The notes under the pieces: model-generated
Seen by the model: the letters and a program-made list of their open reading frames with translations, nothing else
Told to the model about the DNA's origin: nothing
Databases searched by the model: none
Translations under genes and position numbers: made by a program
Shown here: in pieces, positions 1 to 14,580 of the stretch
How the letters are laid out: every line of letters starts with the position of its first letter
Position numbering within the stretch: position 1 is the first letter of the stretch
Assembly (NCBI GenBank): GCA_028534125.1
Contig: CM052817.1
Location: forward strand, 2,854,001 to 2,918,000
Length of the DNA stretch: 64,000 bases
DNA from: Lama glama
Lineage: Eukaryota
Reading direction: 5' to 3'

Positions 1-315
1 CCACAGCAACGGTGCGATAAGAAATGCTGGTGGTTGTGACCCACTAGAAATCACGGGGCTCACCCCCCACGCCTTTTTTCACAAGGTCTACATACAGTAA
101 AATACACTTTGCTCTGGCGTCCGGTTTGCACAAGTGTTAACACAGGTAATCACCCCCTGAAAACACGAAACAAGTTGGTCTCCTCTCCCGACAGGCTCTG
201 AACTAGGAACACACTGCTTTTACCTGGAGGTGGTCAAGCTGGCGTGGACGGCGGTTCCCAGGCCCATTCAGCTTTCGAAGCCTTTGCAGGGCTATTTGGA
301 TCTGACCCGTGTGTG

Positions 316-661
316 TGACCAAGACACTCTCGGACCAAACCTTGGTCCAGCCCCAGCAGCCCTTTTGCCAGTGGGCCCAGCCTTTGAGCCAGAACCCAGC
401 TAAGCCAGTCAAAGCTACATCCCACTGCTCCCCAAGGACGCCCGATGCCCGGCCTTCAGCAGGGATCCTACAAAGCAGGTTTAACCAGGACCACCCCACC
501 CCAGATGTTCCCTTTTAGAAATTTCCATCCACTGACCCCACCCACTCCTGGGCTATGAAACCCACCTGTCCACTTCCTCACAGACGTCTCTTAACCTACG
601 GCAATATTCCTGCATAAAATCACTGCTTTCACTGCCGTCCAGCTCTGGGTTTTCTCTGATA
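316..661 (+). mobile_element. Solo ERV1 LTR, MER31/MER67-like
   Basis: Starts TGACCAAGACACTCTCGGACCAAACC, contains the family-type block TTTCCATCCACTGACCCCACCCACTCCTGGGCTATGAAA and ends ...TTTCTCTGATA. Flanked by near-identical 4-mers TGTG (312-315) and TGCG (662-665), consistent with an ERV1 TSD. Family assigned from recalled consensus. Confidence 0.7.
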
Positions 662-845
662 TGCGCCCCACCAGTATCCTCTTTAGGGTCAGACCCTAAG
701 CTTGGGGGTGAGCAGCCCCCTCCCCGACCCCCCATCCAGGCACAGGGAGGGCGCTTCACCGGGCTGTGGTGGTCGTTCTGCTCAGGGTCCTGACTTCTGC
801 GGCGGGAGGTCCACACCGGCCAGGGCCACTGAGGGCCTCCCGTGC

Positions 846-1303
846 TGTTACCAGTCAGGGTTCCTGGACTTCTTAACCTTCTTAACAGAAATTGAGAAGA
901 GTGCAGAGGAGAAACTCAGGCAAGGCTTTACTGGGGCTCATGCTGCAGCACCAGGGAGCGAGAACAAGTAACAGGGGCCCGTGCTCCCAGAGGAGGGGCG
1001 AGCTGGTCCCTTAAATGGGGTGAGGAGGGGGGCGGGCCCAGGGGTCAGGCCGGAGGAGGGCTTAGGTGGTCTGCCCACCCCCTTGGTGGTCCTGTGTGCA
1101 AGGATCGTCTGAGGTACCCTGCTTTTGTTCCTGACACTTCAGAGGTGGCACTTGGGTCTTTGATCTTTTTGTATCTCTTTGTTCATAATTTGACCCCAAT
1201 AGCACATGCATGCAGTTGTTTTTAGTCCCTTACCATTTCTTCGTGTTTTGTTGCTCGAGATGTTTGTCCAGTTGCGAGCAGCAGGGGGTCCCAGCCTGTC
1301 TCA
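846..1303 (-). mobile_element. Solo ERV1 LTR, cetartiodactyl MER41-like (MER41_BT-type)
   Basis: The minus strand reads TGAGACAGGCTGGGACCCCC...GGGGGTGGGCAGACCACCTAAGCC...AGTAAAGCCTTGCCTGA...GAACCCTGACTGGTAACA, with TG...CA termini. 4-bp TSD GTGC (842-845) / ATGC (1304-1307). Confidence 0.8.
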
Positions 1304-3939
1304 ATGCCACCTGTTCACCTGTGGAGAGGGGACCTGTCACTGAGCACCGGCTTACATCCCATCAGACCGTCCCAGACAGCCTGCAAGGTCCTTGTGAGTG
1401 TTCCCATTTTAAAGATGAGAAGACTGAGGCCCGGAAAGGAATGACAGCATGACAGCAGCAGATTCTTCCTCTGTGGCTGGTCGTTCAGGTTATGGACATA
1501 GTTGCTCACAAAACCCACATGCGGGATTTTCCTCAGTTAGAAGCTGGAGACTGTGGGCCCACTGCTGTCTCGTCGCTGCCTCTCCATCCCTCTAGTTGAG
1601 GTCCAGAAAGCAGATAGCTCGCTGTCTGGAGAGCAGGTCGGATTACTTGCTAGCAGCAAGAACTCCTCTAAACCCTCCCACTCCCCCTCATGCAGTGAGG
1701 CCGGGGCGGCTCCCAGAAAGGGAGCCAGCAGCCACGGCGCAGGCGTCCAGCATCCACGGAACGCATCTTGGCCTTTCCACATCAGCCTTTCTCATCAAGG
1801 GTCTCTTAAGAAAACGGAGTTCCGATGCCCTCGGGCACCCACCCTTCTAATGAATTAGCCCTCCTCCCACCCCAGGCGTCCAGAACATCCTCCCAGTGAG
1901 CTTCCGCAGAGAAAACAGCCTGTGGATCTCTCTCCAGCCCCAGGTTCAGAACTCGGCTGGAGAAGGGCTGCTCCGCCTGCCTTGCCCTCACTCCTGGCTC
2001 CTGTTGGCCCCTCCAATTCCTCCCCCGTTATTTCTCTGTCTCTGTCTCCCTCCCTCCTCACCCACCCCCCCGTGAGTGACATCTGTGGTTCCTGCCGTCT
2101 CTCTGAACCTCCACAGGGCCAGTCCACAATCGCAGTCACTCAGGTAGCTCAGGCAGAAGGCTCGGCCACTTTTCTGATTCCCAGGGGCCCAGCCGCCTGG
2201 GCTCTGTGCCTGGCACTCAAGGTTCCCAGGGACACAGCCCCCTCAGCCTTGGCAGCCCCCTCTCCTGCTCGGTCCAGTCCCTCCCTGCCTTGGCCTGGGC
2301 CCCTGCCAACCCCCCTCCAGAAAGGGAGACAGGGATTTGAAGAGGAAACTTCCTGTGACAGTGACCCCCGGGGACAGGAGGGGGCCCAGGGAGGGAGCCA
2401 CAGGTCAAGGGCAGCGATGAGGGATGTTACCGAGCTGGTCACCCTGCAGGCACCTGGGGCTTAATCCCACTGAGACCTTGTGAGCCGCGTGGAATGTGCC
2501 TCAGAATCGCCCACTTGAGCCTTGAAGAGGGCTGTGGGTGCACAGACTCCCCGGCCCCTCGGTCAGGGGTGGCCTGGGCTGTGGATGGCCTCGCACCTCC
2601 AGGCTGCATGCCGGGCAATCCCGTGGGCACCCCCGCCACGTGTCAGTGAAGCCCGGGGCAGAACTGAAGAGACTTTGCAGGGCAGCATCTGAGACTCCCA
2701 GCGCAGCCCAGCCCTCACGTGGCTCAGCCCTGCTCACGCCCAGTCAAGACCAGGCCACCGAGGGACCCTCTCGGCAGACCCCAGTCTCTACAGAGACTCA
2801 TGCAGGAGGCTCAACAGAACAAGGGACGGCCCGTAGCTCCCGCGGGGCTCCGGCGCTCGCTCGCTCACCCTCTTCCCCCACCATTCCAGGCCCCACCCAC
2901 GCCTGGCCAGCACTCCCGTCAGGGTCGCTTGAGGGACGGGAGGCCCAGACCGTCCCGGAGCCCTCAGTGCTGGCCCCTCACACAGCTGTCCTTGCACTGC
3001 CTGTTAACTGTCACCTCTGGGCGGAAGAGCCCAGAGACGTCGCCGTGGTCTTCTGGGCTCCAGACTCACTCCTCCTGCCCGTGGGGGCATCTCCAGCTCG
3101 TGATGATCAGGGTCACTTATCTTGCCCCTCCCACCCCCAGGAGAGGAGCTCTGCCTCTGGTCCGTTGGTCGGAGGCCCCCAACAGCAAAGTTCGATGGAA
3201 CCTTTACTCTGTCCCCTGGTGGAAGCATCACCATCCCTTCCATCCCCACCGAACAGGGACCACTAATCCCACTTGAAACAGGGCCCCGAGACACAGAGGT
3301 GGGTGGCACACCTTCTGCCCGTGGGTGATGGAGGACAATGGTGGCAGGGCCCTGCACACCGCCTGCTGGTCCGGGGCACCCACTGCATCCTGGAACACAG
3401 GGCCCGACCCGCAGGGGATGGAGGGGCATTCTCTCAGCCGGAAGCTCCTAGAGATTTTGTTTTTTGTGGCAGGACAAGTAGATCCCATGGTCTAGGACTC
3501 GATGTCATACCTTCTTTGCAGCAAAAGGGGACCCGTGGTCTGAGGCCTCTTCCTAAGGAGCTGTCATAGACAATATTGCTGATTATTATTCATAAATTGG
3601 ACACTGTCGTCTCACCAGCCCCCAGTGGGTGGAGAACTGGGGGCCCAGGGAAGATTCCACGGTAAGTGTGCTTGTCCTCCCAGCTCCCTGCAGGGTGATG
3701 TCCCAGGCATTTTCCTGACACACAGCAGATACTCTTTTCTTGTTGAGTCTTGCCTGGAGCAGAGTTGGGAGATGTCACCTTTCTTTCCAGCTCTGATGAG
3801 GGGTCAGGCAAACCAGAGGCTCTCAGGAATTCCCCAAGCTCGTCTACCAGGCCAGAAGCAATCCAAGCACCGTGCCACCTGGAGAGAGATTCTGCCAAGG
3901 ACACCTAACTGTTCTTTTCAATGACATCACAAACTCTGA

Positions 3940-4488
3940 TGCCTTACGGAATTCGAGGATGTCATAAATAACAAAAACTCAAGTCCATGTAGCTCAAACA
4001 AAAAGGTCTTTCTTGGCTCATGGATCTGGAAATCCAGAAGTAAGTGAGTCTTTGGACTGGCTTGATCCAGGTGCTCTGACCTCATTTCTGCATGACCTTC
4101 TCCCTGTGTTGGCTTCATTCTCAGGCTGACTGTGTGGGGACAAAATTACAATATATCCCCCACCACAACATCCAGACCAGAAGAGAGAGGGATCTTCTGG
4201 AGCTCTCCCCTAAAGATGAGGGACATTTTTTCCAGTATTTCTCACATCCATTGGCCTGAATTGGGTCATATGCCATTCCTGGAGGAAGTTCTATGTGCAG
4301 GGAATGCTGAGTGCCGATTGGTGTTGCTGATGTTTGTCTCCAGAGGAAGGGGGTCACACTTAGGCCCACCAGAACCTCCTGAGCTGGGCCAGCTTACTGG
4401 GAAGTCCAGGGGGCTTCTTACTGGGGCTGCATGGTGGACTCTGAACAAAACTTCGGGTGCTGTGCGAAGGTAGGGAGCAAGAGAAATG
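3940..4488 (-). mobile_element. Old ERVL-MaLR LTR remnant (MLT1J/K-like), cut off by the tubulin retrocopy
   Basis: Degenerate MLT1-type blocks (AGCTCAAACAAAAAGG...TTGGCTCATG..., CCATTGGCCTGAATTGGGTCATATGCC, AACAAAACTTCGGGTGCTG). Boundaries are approximate. Confidence 0.5.
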
Positions 4489-4489
4489 A

Positions 4490-6178
<1,689 letters not shown>

Positions 6179-7995
6179 GCTACCCGTTGTGGCGTTAGGT
6201 AAACACCAGTCAGGAGACAAGGCAGAGACTCAGGAATTCCCAGCTGGCCGCCCGGTCTCTCCACACTCACCTGCTTCCTTAGATCAGGATTATGGACTAT
6301 TCGGTCTCTACGGCCAAGACCTCAAATAGCAGGGAAAGGGGGAGGGATGGCTAAAGACCTTGTGTGAGGCTGCACCTCTCTCTCTCCCCTTGGGTTGGCT
6401 GGAGGTAGGTGCGTGGGTGCTCTTTGCCCGCACACCTGCCTGCACACCTGCCATAGGCTGGGTCGGAAAGGTGGCTTCACTTTGCAGGGGAGTTAATGCT
6501 CCTTGTAACATGCCTGCAATTAGAGCACTCACCACGTGGGGGCAGTGAAGGAGAGCGATTGATTGGCCTCGTTGAAACAAGATAGCTTCTGGTGCGCACG
6601 GTATCTTGAGAAGTTTGGATGATAGCCTATTTGTTCCATGAAATTAGATTAACTCTCTGTTAAAAATATGCCTCTTCATTAATGCAACTAAGTTCCTTTT
6701 AGGACTTTTTCTCATCACCTTCTCTGCTCTGGACCCATAGTGAGCACCTAGGCCTCTGTGTCTGGCCACACAAAGGGAAGACACAAATGCACAGATGTGG
6801 GGAGCAGCACTCGGGACGGACGCTGCACACGCTGGGGGCTGTGAGTGAGGCTGGACTCGCTTCACCCCAGGGGGCAGGGAGCAGCTCCCCAGGGTGTCGG
6901 GGTCAGGAACAGCGTGCTTCTCAGCAACTGTTTTTAATGCTGTAGACACAGAGCTACACAGAGCTGACTGGATCCCCTCTCAGCTGGGGCGGAGCTGGGG
7001 CTGCCCTGACTGTCTGGCCCCATGCTTTCCCTGTCCCTCCAGTTCTTCAGATCTCAGTTTTCATCCAAGATACTCCCCGTGTCCAAAGCTTACCATCTAG
7101 TAAGAGAGACGACAAGGAAGCAGCCAACAATAGTCCATGTGATCGGGCCCGTGATCAGGGGAGCCCAGGACCCAGGGGAACCCAGAGGAGCACCCAGCCT
7201 GGCTCAGAGGTCAGGGAGGGCTTCCCAGAGGAGGTGATGCCTGGACTGAATCTCAGGGATCAAATAGGAGTTGGCCCCAAAAAAGACATTCTAGTGGAGA
7301 CTGCGTGGTGCTGATTATCAGAGGGACCTGGGTCCAGCCTCAGCCTGGCCGCTCTGGCCAGGTGACCTCTGCACATCACTTACCCTTGGTGAGCCTAAGG
7401 CCTCTTGTCCATAAGGCCGGGGTGGTTCTCCCCAGCCAGTCCTCAGGGGAAGGCTGGAGTGACAGGTGTTGTGGGGAAGGCATTCAGTAAACTGCATGTG
7501 AAGCTTAGGGTCCATTTCCTCAAAGCCCATCCATTTATCAGTGACCTGGAGCAGCTTCGGAGAGTAGGGCTCTTAACAGAACCATTTCCACACCCCAGGA
7601 CATAGCCATTCACACAGGCAGTGCCAGTGCACCAAGCGTTTAGGGGTGATGGGCTGTTTTGCCTTGATCATCTGGGGCTGATGTGGAAATGTGGAGCAGG
7701 GGTGTGGAAGGGCTGCACAAGGCTCAGACAGGACGCTTCCATCTGCCAGGACAAGGGCTGGCATCACTGCCGGGGTGGCTGCCTTCGGGGTCCCATGCTG
7801 GGCCTTGTGCCCACATCATCACTAACAAGTGGAAACACGGGAAATCGGGGTCCAGAGGCTGGGGAAGTCTGGTGGTTTCCAGCAGCTGGGGACCTGGTTC
7901 CCTGTGTGACTCTATCTTTCTGGACCTCAGTTTACTTCTCTCCAACTGGGGGCCCTCAGACTTGAAGCTTTCCTCCCAGGCCCTTTTTGGGGTGA

Positions 7996-8430
7996 TGCTA
8001 GGTTGAATTGCCCCCTCCCCACACCCCCAACTACCAAAGGTACCCTCAAGTCCCAACCCTGGGACCTGTGAGTGAGACCTTCTTTGAAAATAGTGTCTCC
8101 ATAGATGTAATTAGTTAAGACGAGGCCATGCATGGGGAAGGCAGGCCCCAAATCCCAGGGCTGGTGTCCCTTTAAGAAGAGGAGAGACACATGGAGAGAC
8201 AGCCGTGTGATGATGGAGGCAGAGAGTGGGGAGCTACAGGGACACCAAGGATCGTAGGGAGTCCCCAGAAGCTGGAGAGAGGCAAGAAGGGAGACCTCCC
8301 TACAGCTCTCGGGGGTGCATGGCCCCGCCTCCACCTTGATCTCAGATGTCAGGCCCCCAGGCCGTGAGAACAAACTTCTATTAAGCCCCCAGGTCGTGAT
8401 GCTTTGTCCCACAGCCCCAGGACACTCACA
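7996..8430 (+). mobile_element. ERVL-MaLR solo LTR (MLT1A/B/C-like)
   Basis: TGCTAGGTTGAATTG...ATAGATGTAATTAGTTAAGACGAGG...TTAAGCCCCCAGGTCGTGATGCTTTGT...ACAGCCCCAGGACACTCACA follows the MLT1 layout. Confidence 0.8.
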
Positions 8431-10941
8431 TTGCAGACACTCCTTGACTATCCCAGCTCTTCTTCATCTCCCATTTCCAGCACAGGGGCAGTATACAGTA
8501 GGTGCTCAATAAATGCACCCCCCCCCACCCCGAGCTGGCACTGCCCTTTCACTCTGTTTTTCTCACGTGCTCCTACTTCGCCTTGTCTGTTTCTGCTGCA
8601 CGGGTACAAAGCTTAATTAGAGGAAGGGCTTTATGATCAGCAGCCACAAATCCAAGCCTTGCACAGCGCGAGTCATTTCCAGGATCAGGCTTCTTTCCAT
8701 CACCTGTCATGAGCCACCTCTTGTCAGTTTTCTGTGATGACAAAACGTCGCCAAGTCCGCAAACCACTCAGAGTTAACTGGGCAGTTAAAGTTATGGAGC
8801 AGACTCAGCCGTTAAGGAGAATCAGGGCACATGTGCAACGCAGGCCAGCACAGCTCCCCCTCTGCCTGGAGAATTCAGGCGAACCGCAGGTGTGTGAGGC
8901 GGAGGTTGGACCCGCATTAGGTGAACAATCCAGGTGTGTGGACTGGTACTGGGGGGAGTAGGCTCCAAGCTGTGAGTCATGTGTTATTTTTACTCCTGAT
9001 TTCTTGTGGCATGATTTTAAATTATTGAGTGATTGGAATGATCCCACAATGAAATCATATTTCATTCGTTTCTCCATTTGGCTAAGTAAGTCAATTTCTG
9101 GGCTGTATCTGGAGGTGAAGAAAGGACAGAGAAACCCACGGCTTTGACGAGAGAAGGCCTGGAGGTGCCCGGGGGGTGTTCAGGGCCTCTGGACACGGCC
9201 TCTTCCACGGGCCACTGTGTGCCCTCCGCTGCAGAACGTCTGCGCAGCTGGGTTTTCAGGGCGACACCTTTCTAGACCAGGCCCCAGGTGAGCCCAGCCG
9301 CGCTGTGCACTCTCTGTGTAGAAGCAGTTTGTGGGAAGCCTTGGCAGACCCAGCGCAAGGTCAGGGGTGTTGGAAAGGGGCCCAGGGGAGTCTCACCTCT
9401 TTCCTTTCGGTATGCTGAGTGCGGGGTGTGAGGGGGGCGTCGGTAGGCGCGCACTGAGCCTGGAGGTCAGTGGCTATGCTCCTCTGTGCTGGAGAATCCT
9501 GCGAACTCTGGAGACCCTGAGGTGCTCTGGAGACCCCTTGATAAGTCAGAAGTGGCCCTGCCTGGGTGGCCTGATGTCTGGCAAGGGAGTCAGACAGGAG
9601 ACAGAAGGTGAAGATACAGAGGGACATGGCAGGGACAGACAAGGCCTCGTGGAACAAAAGTAGCCCCTGGTTTAGCTGGGGGTGCAGGGGGTCTTCCCCA
9701 AGGAGGGACTCTCCCGTGGAGCCCAGCGGGTGAGGCTTACCCATCAGGTGAAGGTGGGGCATCCCCACAGTGTGTGTGGGGGCGGGGCAGAGGGCCTGGC
9801 ATGGTTTGGATCCAGTGGGGCAGGTCTCTTTGGGCCGAACACCTCAGCCTCTGCCCAGGCCCCCCATCTCATCTCGTGGCCTCCGCAATGCCCCTTGGAG
9901 GCACAGCAGGTGCAGGAGGGGTGAGTGCCGAAGCCCACGGGCTCTCTTCAGAAGGGCCTGGATGTGCGTCCCAGCTCTTCCACTCAGGAGTAGTTTGCGT
10001 GTGGGCAAGCTAAAGCCTCAGATTCCCCGCCTGTGAAATGGGTGTGACGGTCAGCATGAGGATGGCAAGGGGGGCTTCTCTGGCACAGAGCGACCCCAGG
10101 GCATGGCAGCCCTGGTCACGACTGCTGTGTCACCTGGCTCGGCCCCAGGGAATCCCCAGGCACAGTTTTATACTTACCCTGGGTTCCCTTTCCCTGAGCA
10201 GGAGGCTGGCCCCAGCGGGTTAGAAAAATCCTCTCCATCCATGCTCTTCTGCCCCAAGTAAGCAGCCCCTGGCCCGTGGTCGCTGCCCCCCGCCCCAGCC
10301 CTTCCTGGGCCAGCCTCAAGAAACCCAACACGAACCCCCACCTGCCCCAGGTCAGGCCGGGCTGTACTGGGCTCTGCCCCGCCCACCCCGCCCCCGCCCC
10401 CCACTCATCGCCTGGCTTCCCAAGGCCTGTACGCCCCAAAAAGGGCACTAAACATCTTCAGGATAAATGATCCTGATTTTGAAGCTATTTGCCAGCCTTC
10501 AGAGCAGGGACAGACACCTGTGCTTGTTGCATTAGTCAAACAGGAAGAAGTCTTTACCTGCAGGTCACTGGACTCATTTCTCAGGAACTCTCACCCAGCA
10601 CAGCCCATGCAGGAAAAATGCTCCCCAAAGACACACCAGGAATGCCTGTACTTTTCAGCCAAGCAAGGTGTTTTATGCATTTAACAGATGTTTGAGAAGG
10701 AACACGTTGGCATTGATTATTTGTGTGTTTTAGGATCACCTCTGCGTTGCCAGGAATGGAACCCCTAAACTATAGCTGGGCCCCCACAGAAGATCAAGGG
10801 GGATGGACCCTAGAACCAACTGGGCCAGACGCCTGAGGCTGCGCTCTCCCCATTCTGCAGCCTCCAACACACCAGAACAATCCACGTCCCGTAATAAGTG
10901 GCTAGGAAACTGAGGGCCAGAGTGGAGTTCCCAGCATTTCC

Positions 10942-10987
10942 TCCAGGGTCCTACCTGGGCTCTTTCCAGGGTCCTACCTGGGCTCTT
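10942..10987. repeat. Perfect tandem duplication, 2 x 23 bp (TCCAGGGTCCTACCTGGGCTCTT)
   Basis: Identical units at 10942-10964 and 10965-10987. Confidence 0.95.
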
Positions 10988-12164
10988 CCCATCTGCTCCT
11001 GGCCTCCTGTGCTCCCTGGCACCTGCCTGCAGCACCGGGCACGTCCACCTTGATGACCCAGGATCCTGACGTCCCAGCCCCGATTATACCCCCATCCTCC
11101 CTGGAGCCCAGGTTTGGACAAGGAGGGTGCCAGGCCACAAAGCAGGGGAAAGTGGAAGCGCCCACTTGTAGCGCATCCTAATCCCAAAGGCAGCCGTGAG
11201 AGCCCAGAGGCAGCAGTCTGCATGCCCCGAGGCTCATCCCCAGAGGGACATGGGCCAGTGCTGCAGGCTGGGGGCTCTGGCCGGGGGACCTGGGCCACTG
11301 GTGCCTTACAAAGCTCAACCCCTTCTTCACTTCCCCTGAGTGAGGCGTGGCGGGGGGGCATCCCCTCTCAAGACTGTAGGGTAGAAAGTCATGGCCCTGC
11401 TTCAAGGGTTGCAGGAAGGATTAAACCAAATGAAACCTGTAAGTCCTCAGGCAGGAAAGATGGGGCAAAAGCAGCAGAGTGGGGTGGAGGGCCGGTGGGG
11501 CCACTGCCTGGGCACCCACCTGCAAGGGGCTGCAAGGGACCCCGGGTGAAATGATATGAGGAGTCCCCACCCGGGGAATGTTTGATGAGCACTTGAGGTG
11601 GGAGGGGCCCCCAAGGAGCAGGCACAGCCCCTGTACTGCACCCCTTCTGTCTGCAGGAGGTGTGAGCCCGGCAGAAGAATGGGGGAGGCGAGAATAGGGG
11701 GGGCAGCCAAGGGACACTCCTCCCTCTGCCTCCTGGCTCTTCCTTCTGCATCTGTACCCAGCAAGGCCCAGCTGTTCCTCTGAATATCTGAATGCACTCT
11801 TAATAAATGTTGTAAGGGTCTCTGACCATTAGCCTGTGTGGAACCTCCCTGTGTCAGAGTCCCTCTGACACTCCCTCCTTCAAGGCCTGCTTCGAAAGCA
11901 GGTGGAAACACATTCTACAATGAATCACATGACTTGTGAACAAATTCTTGTCTGTTTTCTTCACTTGAACAGTGCCCCAGTTCACTAAAGGTGTTGAATG
12001 CATGGTGGATGGGTGGGTCGATGGGTGGAGATGGAAGACAAGCGAGAAAAGGCAACAGTTTTTAAGGACTAGTGATGAGCAATACTGCTCTCTGGTCAAT
12101 TTCAATGACAGTAAATATGATAACTATCGTTCACTGAGCCCTGAGTTTTTGCACTTTGAAGTGT

Positions 12165-12285
12165 TTTATTCTCATTACTAATTTTGGCCCTCCCAAAAAC
12201 CCTCTGGGGCAGGTACCATGGTTTGACAGATTCGGAAGCTGAGGCACAGAGAGGGCAAGCAAGTTGCCCAAGGTCACACCTGGTT
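12165..12285 (-). mobile_element. MIR SINE fragment
   Basis: MIR core GGAAGCTGAGGCACAGAGAGGGCAAGCAAGTTGCCCAAGGTCACAC. Confidence 0.7.
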
Positions 12286-13149
12286 CATAGCACCAGGGAT
12301 AACAACTGAGAGGTGGAGACTGCTAACTGTCTAACAATGCCCACAGAGGCACAGATTGAGGGACCTTGTACCAGAAGCTAGAGAAGCCAGGCTCCCCACC
12401 AGGCGGTCAGACCTCCAGGGGCTCCACCCCTACTGGCCCGCACCTGCCCTCGCCAGAACTAACCACCCAAATGTAATGCTCTCAGCCACAGTGGATCGTC
12501 ACCCAGCCACTTCATGGATGGGGCCCTGATGCCCACAGAGTGGGAGGGACTTACACAGGGTCGCACCGCTGAGGGGGCAGCTGGGTTGGGAACAGGGCAC
12601 CTGACTCCTGCTACTGCTCCTTCCACCACCACATCCTACCTGTGCTCTGGGCAAAAGTCCCTGGCAGACAGGGATGGAGCCCTGCAGCTGCAGGACAGCC
12701 ACCCAGCCAGACTTTCCGGGTTTCTAGGGTGTGTGGGGCTTGGGCCGACTGGCCTGGCCGATGGCTGGTTCTGCAGGACTTCGGGTCTCCCCCGAAGTGT
12801 CTGCTCCTGGCCCCTCTTCCCGGTAGATGGACGCTGCTGGGGACCAGGGAGGAACACCTGCTCCTGCCTCACTGTTGCGTTCAGAGTTCACATTTTCTGT
12901 GGCCAGCGCTCCCTCCCTTGCTGACAGCATCTCCCCAGTTCCCACCCTTCCCCCACCACGCAGTGCCACGTCCGGGGGAGTCTTCCTGTTGAACGGTCCT
13001 CCAGTGCAGGCCCTCCACACTCCCGCAGTCCCCTTCCGTCAGAACCAGACACCCAGTGGGGTCTGCCTGCTCCCACCTCGGGGCCTTTCTTCTCCTGTAC
13101 CCGGACCCATGCCCTGTGCTGGGCACCTGACATTACAGAAATCAGTCGG

Positions 13150-14580
13150 CTACTCAGAGGGTGGGGGTGCGGGGCTGGGGCCGCTGACTGCGCCGCTGGA
13201 GCCGGCCCAAGGCGCCAGTCGGTGCGGCGCCCCGGGAGCCTGGGGCAGGCCACCGGGCCGCCTCCGAGCCCTAGACCTGGAGTCAGGAGCGCAAGCCCCG
13301 CAGGTGCCAGTGGGCAAATCCTGCCGCCCCTCGCCCCGCCTCATTTTCCCTCTGCAAACGGGAAGGAGGGAGTTGGCCCTTCGCAGCCCCACGACTCAAC
13401 AAGATCTGCACCAAGCCTGCTTTTCACTGGGTCGCCCTCCTCCACACTCCTGGGCTCCTGAGAGCCGCCGCCAGCCAGGCTGCCAGCCAGGCCGCGGTGA
13501 CAGCTCCGCAGAGCCCCACGAGTTGCTGCGGGAGGCCGCAGCGGTGTCACCCGCCTGCGCGTGCGCAGGCCGCGCAGGCTGCCGGGACTGTAGTCCATCC
13601 CTGCGGCGACTGGGGCGAGAAGGTGGGGCGGTGGGGACGCGGCGACTACACTTCCCAGGGTGCCCCGGCCCGCGGGGAGGTGAGGGCGGAGCGGGGCGGG
13701 GCCCTAGGGGGGCGGGCCCCGATGGGCGGGGCTTACGGGCGGGGCGGGCGCGCAGAGGAGCTGCGGCGGCGCTGCGGGCGGGCACCCGCCAGCGGCCAGA
13801 CCCGCTGACGGGCGAGCGGGCGGTGGACCATTGCGCCGGCTGGCGCGGCACCTGCGGGCAGAAGCATCCGGCTGCTGCAGAGCCCCGACGATCCGACTCC
13901 GGGTTGCCGCTGAGATGAGCGCAGGTGAGTGTGGAGACTGAGGGACCGGCGCGTCCCCGAGCTCTATCCTGGCGCCCCAAGGGCTGCGGTGGCTGCACCT
14001 GCAGATTGGGGGAAATCGCTCAGCGGCTCCACCCAACTTTTGCTCCAGGGTCTTGCAGTCCCCAAGGTCCGGCGCGCAGCTCTCTGTCCCCGCGCCCCGG
14101 GCGCTTAGCTTTGCAGCGAGGGCTGAGGACCCCTTTCCCAGCGCGCCGGCCCGGGTGGCTGCGCTGGGCTGTCTGGAAGGAGCCATTCCTTAGCTTCTCC
14201 CTGGCGTCCGGGGTCGCCGCAGGCTCCAGGAGGCGGCCAGGGTCCGGGCGAGGGGCCCAGGGCCGCCGTAGATTCTGCCACGAAGAGGTGTGGTGACAAG
14301 AGGGCCTTTGCGGCAGGGGGCGCCGCCCTTGTGCGGCTCCTGCAGCGCCTGGGTAGGGGGCGTCAGGCCGACCCCGGGCCCCCTGGGCTCGTCCCAGGCG
14401 CATTGCTGGGCGCGGAGCCCGCAGGTGTGTCCGACCAGCCCGGATCGGTGCGCGTCCTCTTTGCGGCCCCTCACCCCTGCGTATCGCCACTGCCGCCTCT
14501 GGCGCCGCACCCACCGGATCTGGAAACCTCTGTGCGGCGCTGGAAAATCCCAGGTCACCACAGGCCAGCCGCGCCTAGTG
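13150..14580 (+). promoter_or_regulatory. ABLIM2: CpG island and TATA-less promoter of ABLIM2 with clustered GC boxes (Sp/KLF-type)
   Basis: Very high GC and CpG density compared with the flanks. Repeated GGGCGG/GGGGCGGGG at 13684-13748, about 170-230 bp upstream of the ATG. The island spans exon 1. The TSS cannot be located from sequence alone. Confidence 0.85.
13915..13924 (+). CDS. ABLIM2: ABLIM2 coding exon 1 (ATG AGC GCA G; M-S-A plus the first base of V)
   Basis: ATG within the CpG island with G at -3, followed by a consensus donor CAG|GTGAGT at 13925. The phase-1 junction joins exon 2 to give MSAVSEPQAA, matching the recalled ABLIM2 N-terminus MSAVSQPQAA. Confidence 0.88.

Noticed and set aside
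12827..13918. 363-aa ORF ending over the ABLIM2 start codon
   Set aside because: It crosses the CpG island, where stop codons are rare. The product is low-complexity (G/R/P/A-rich) with no recognisable domain.
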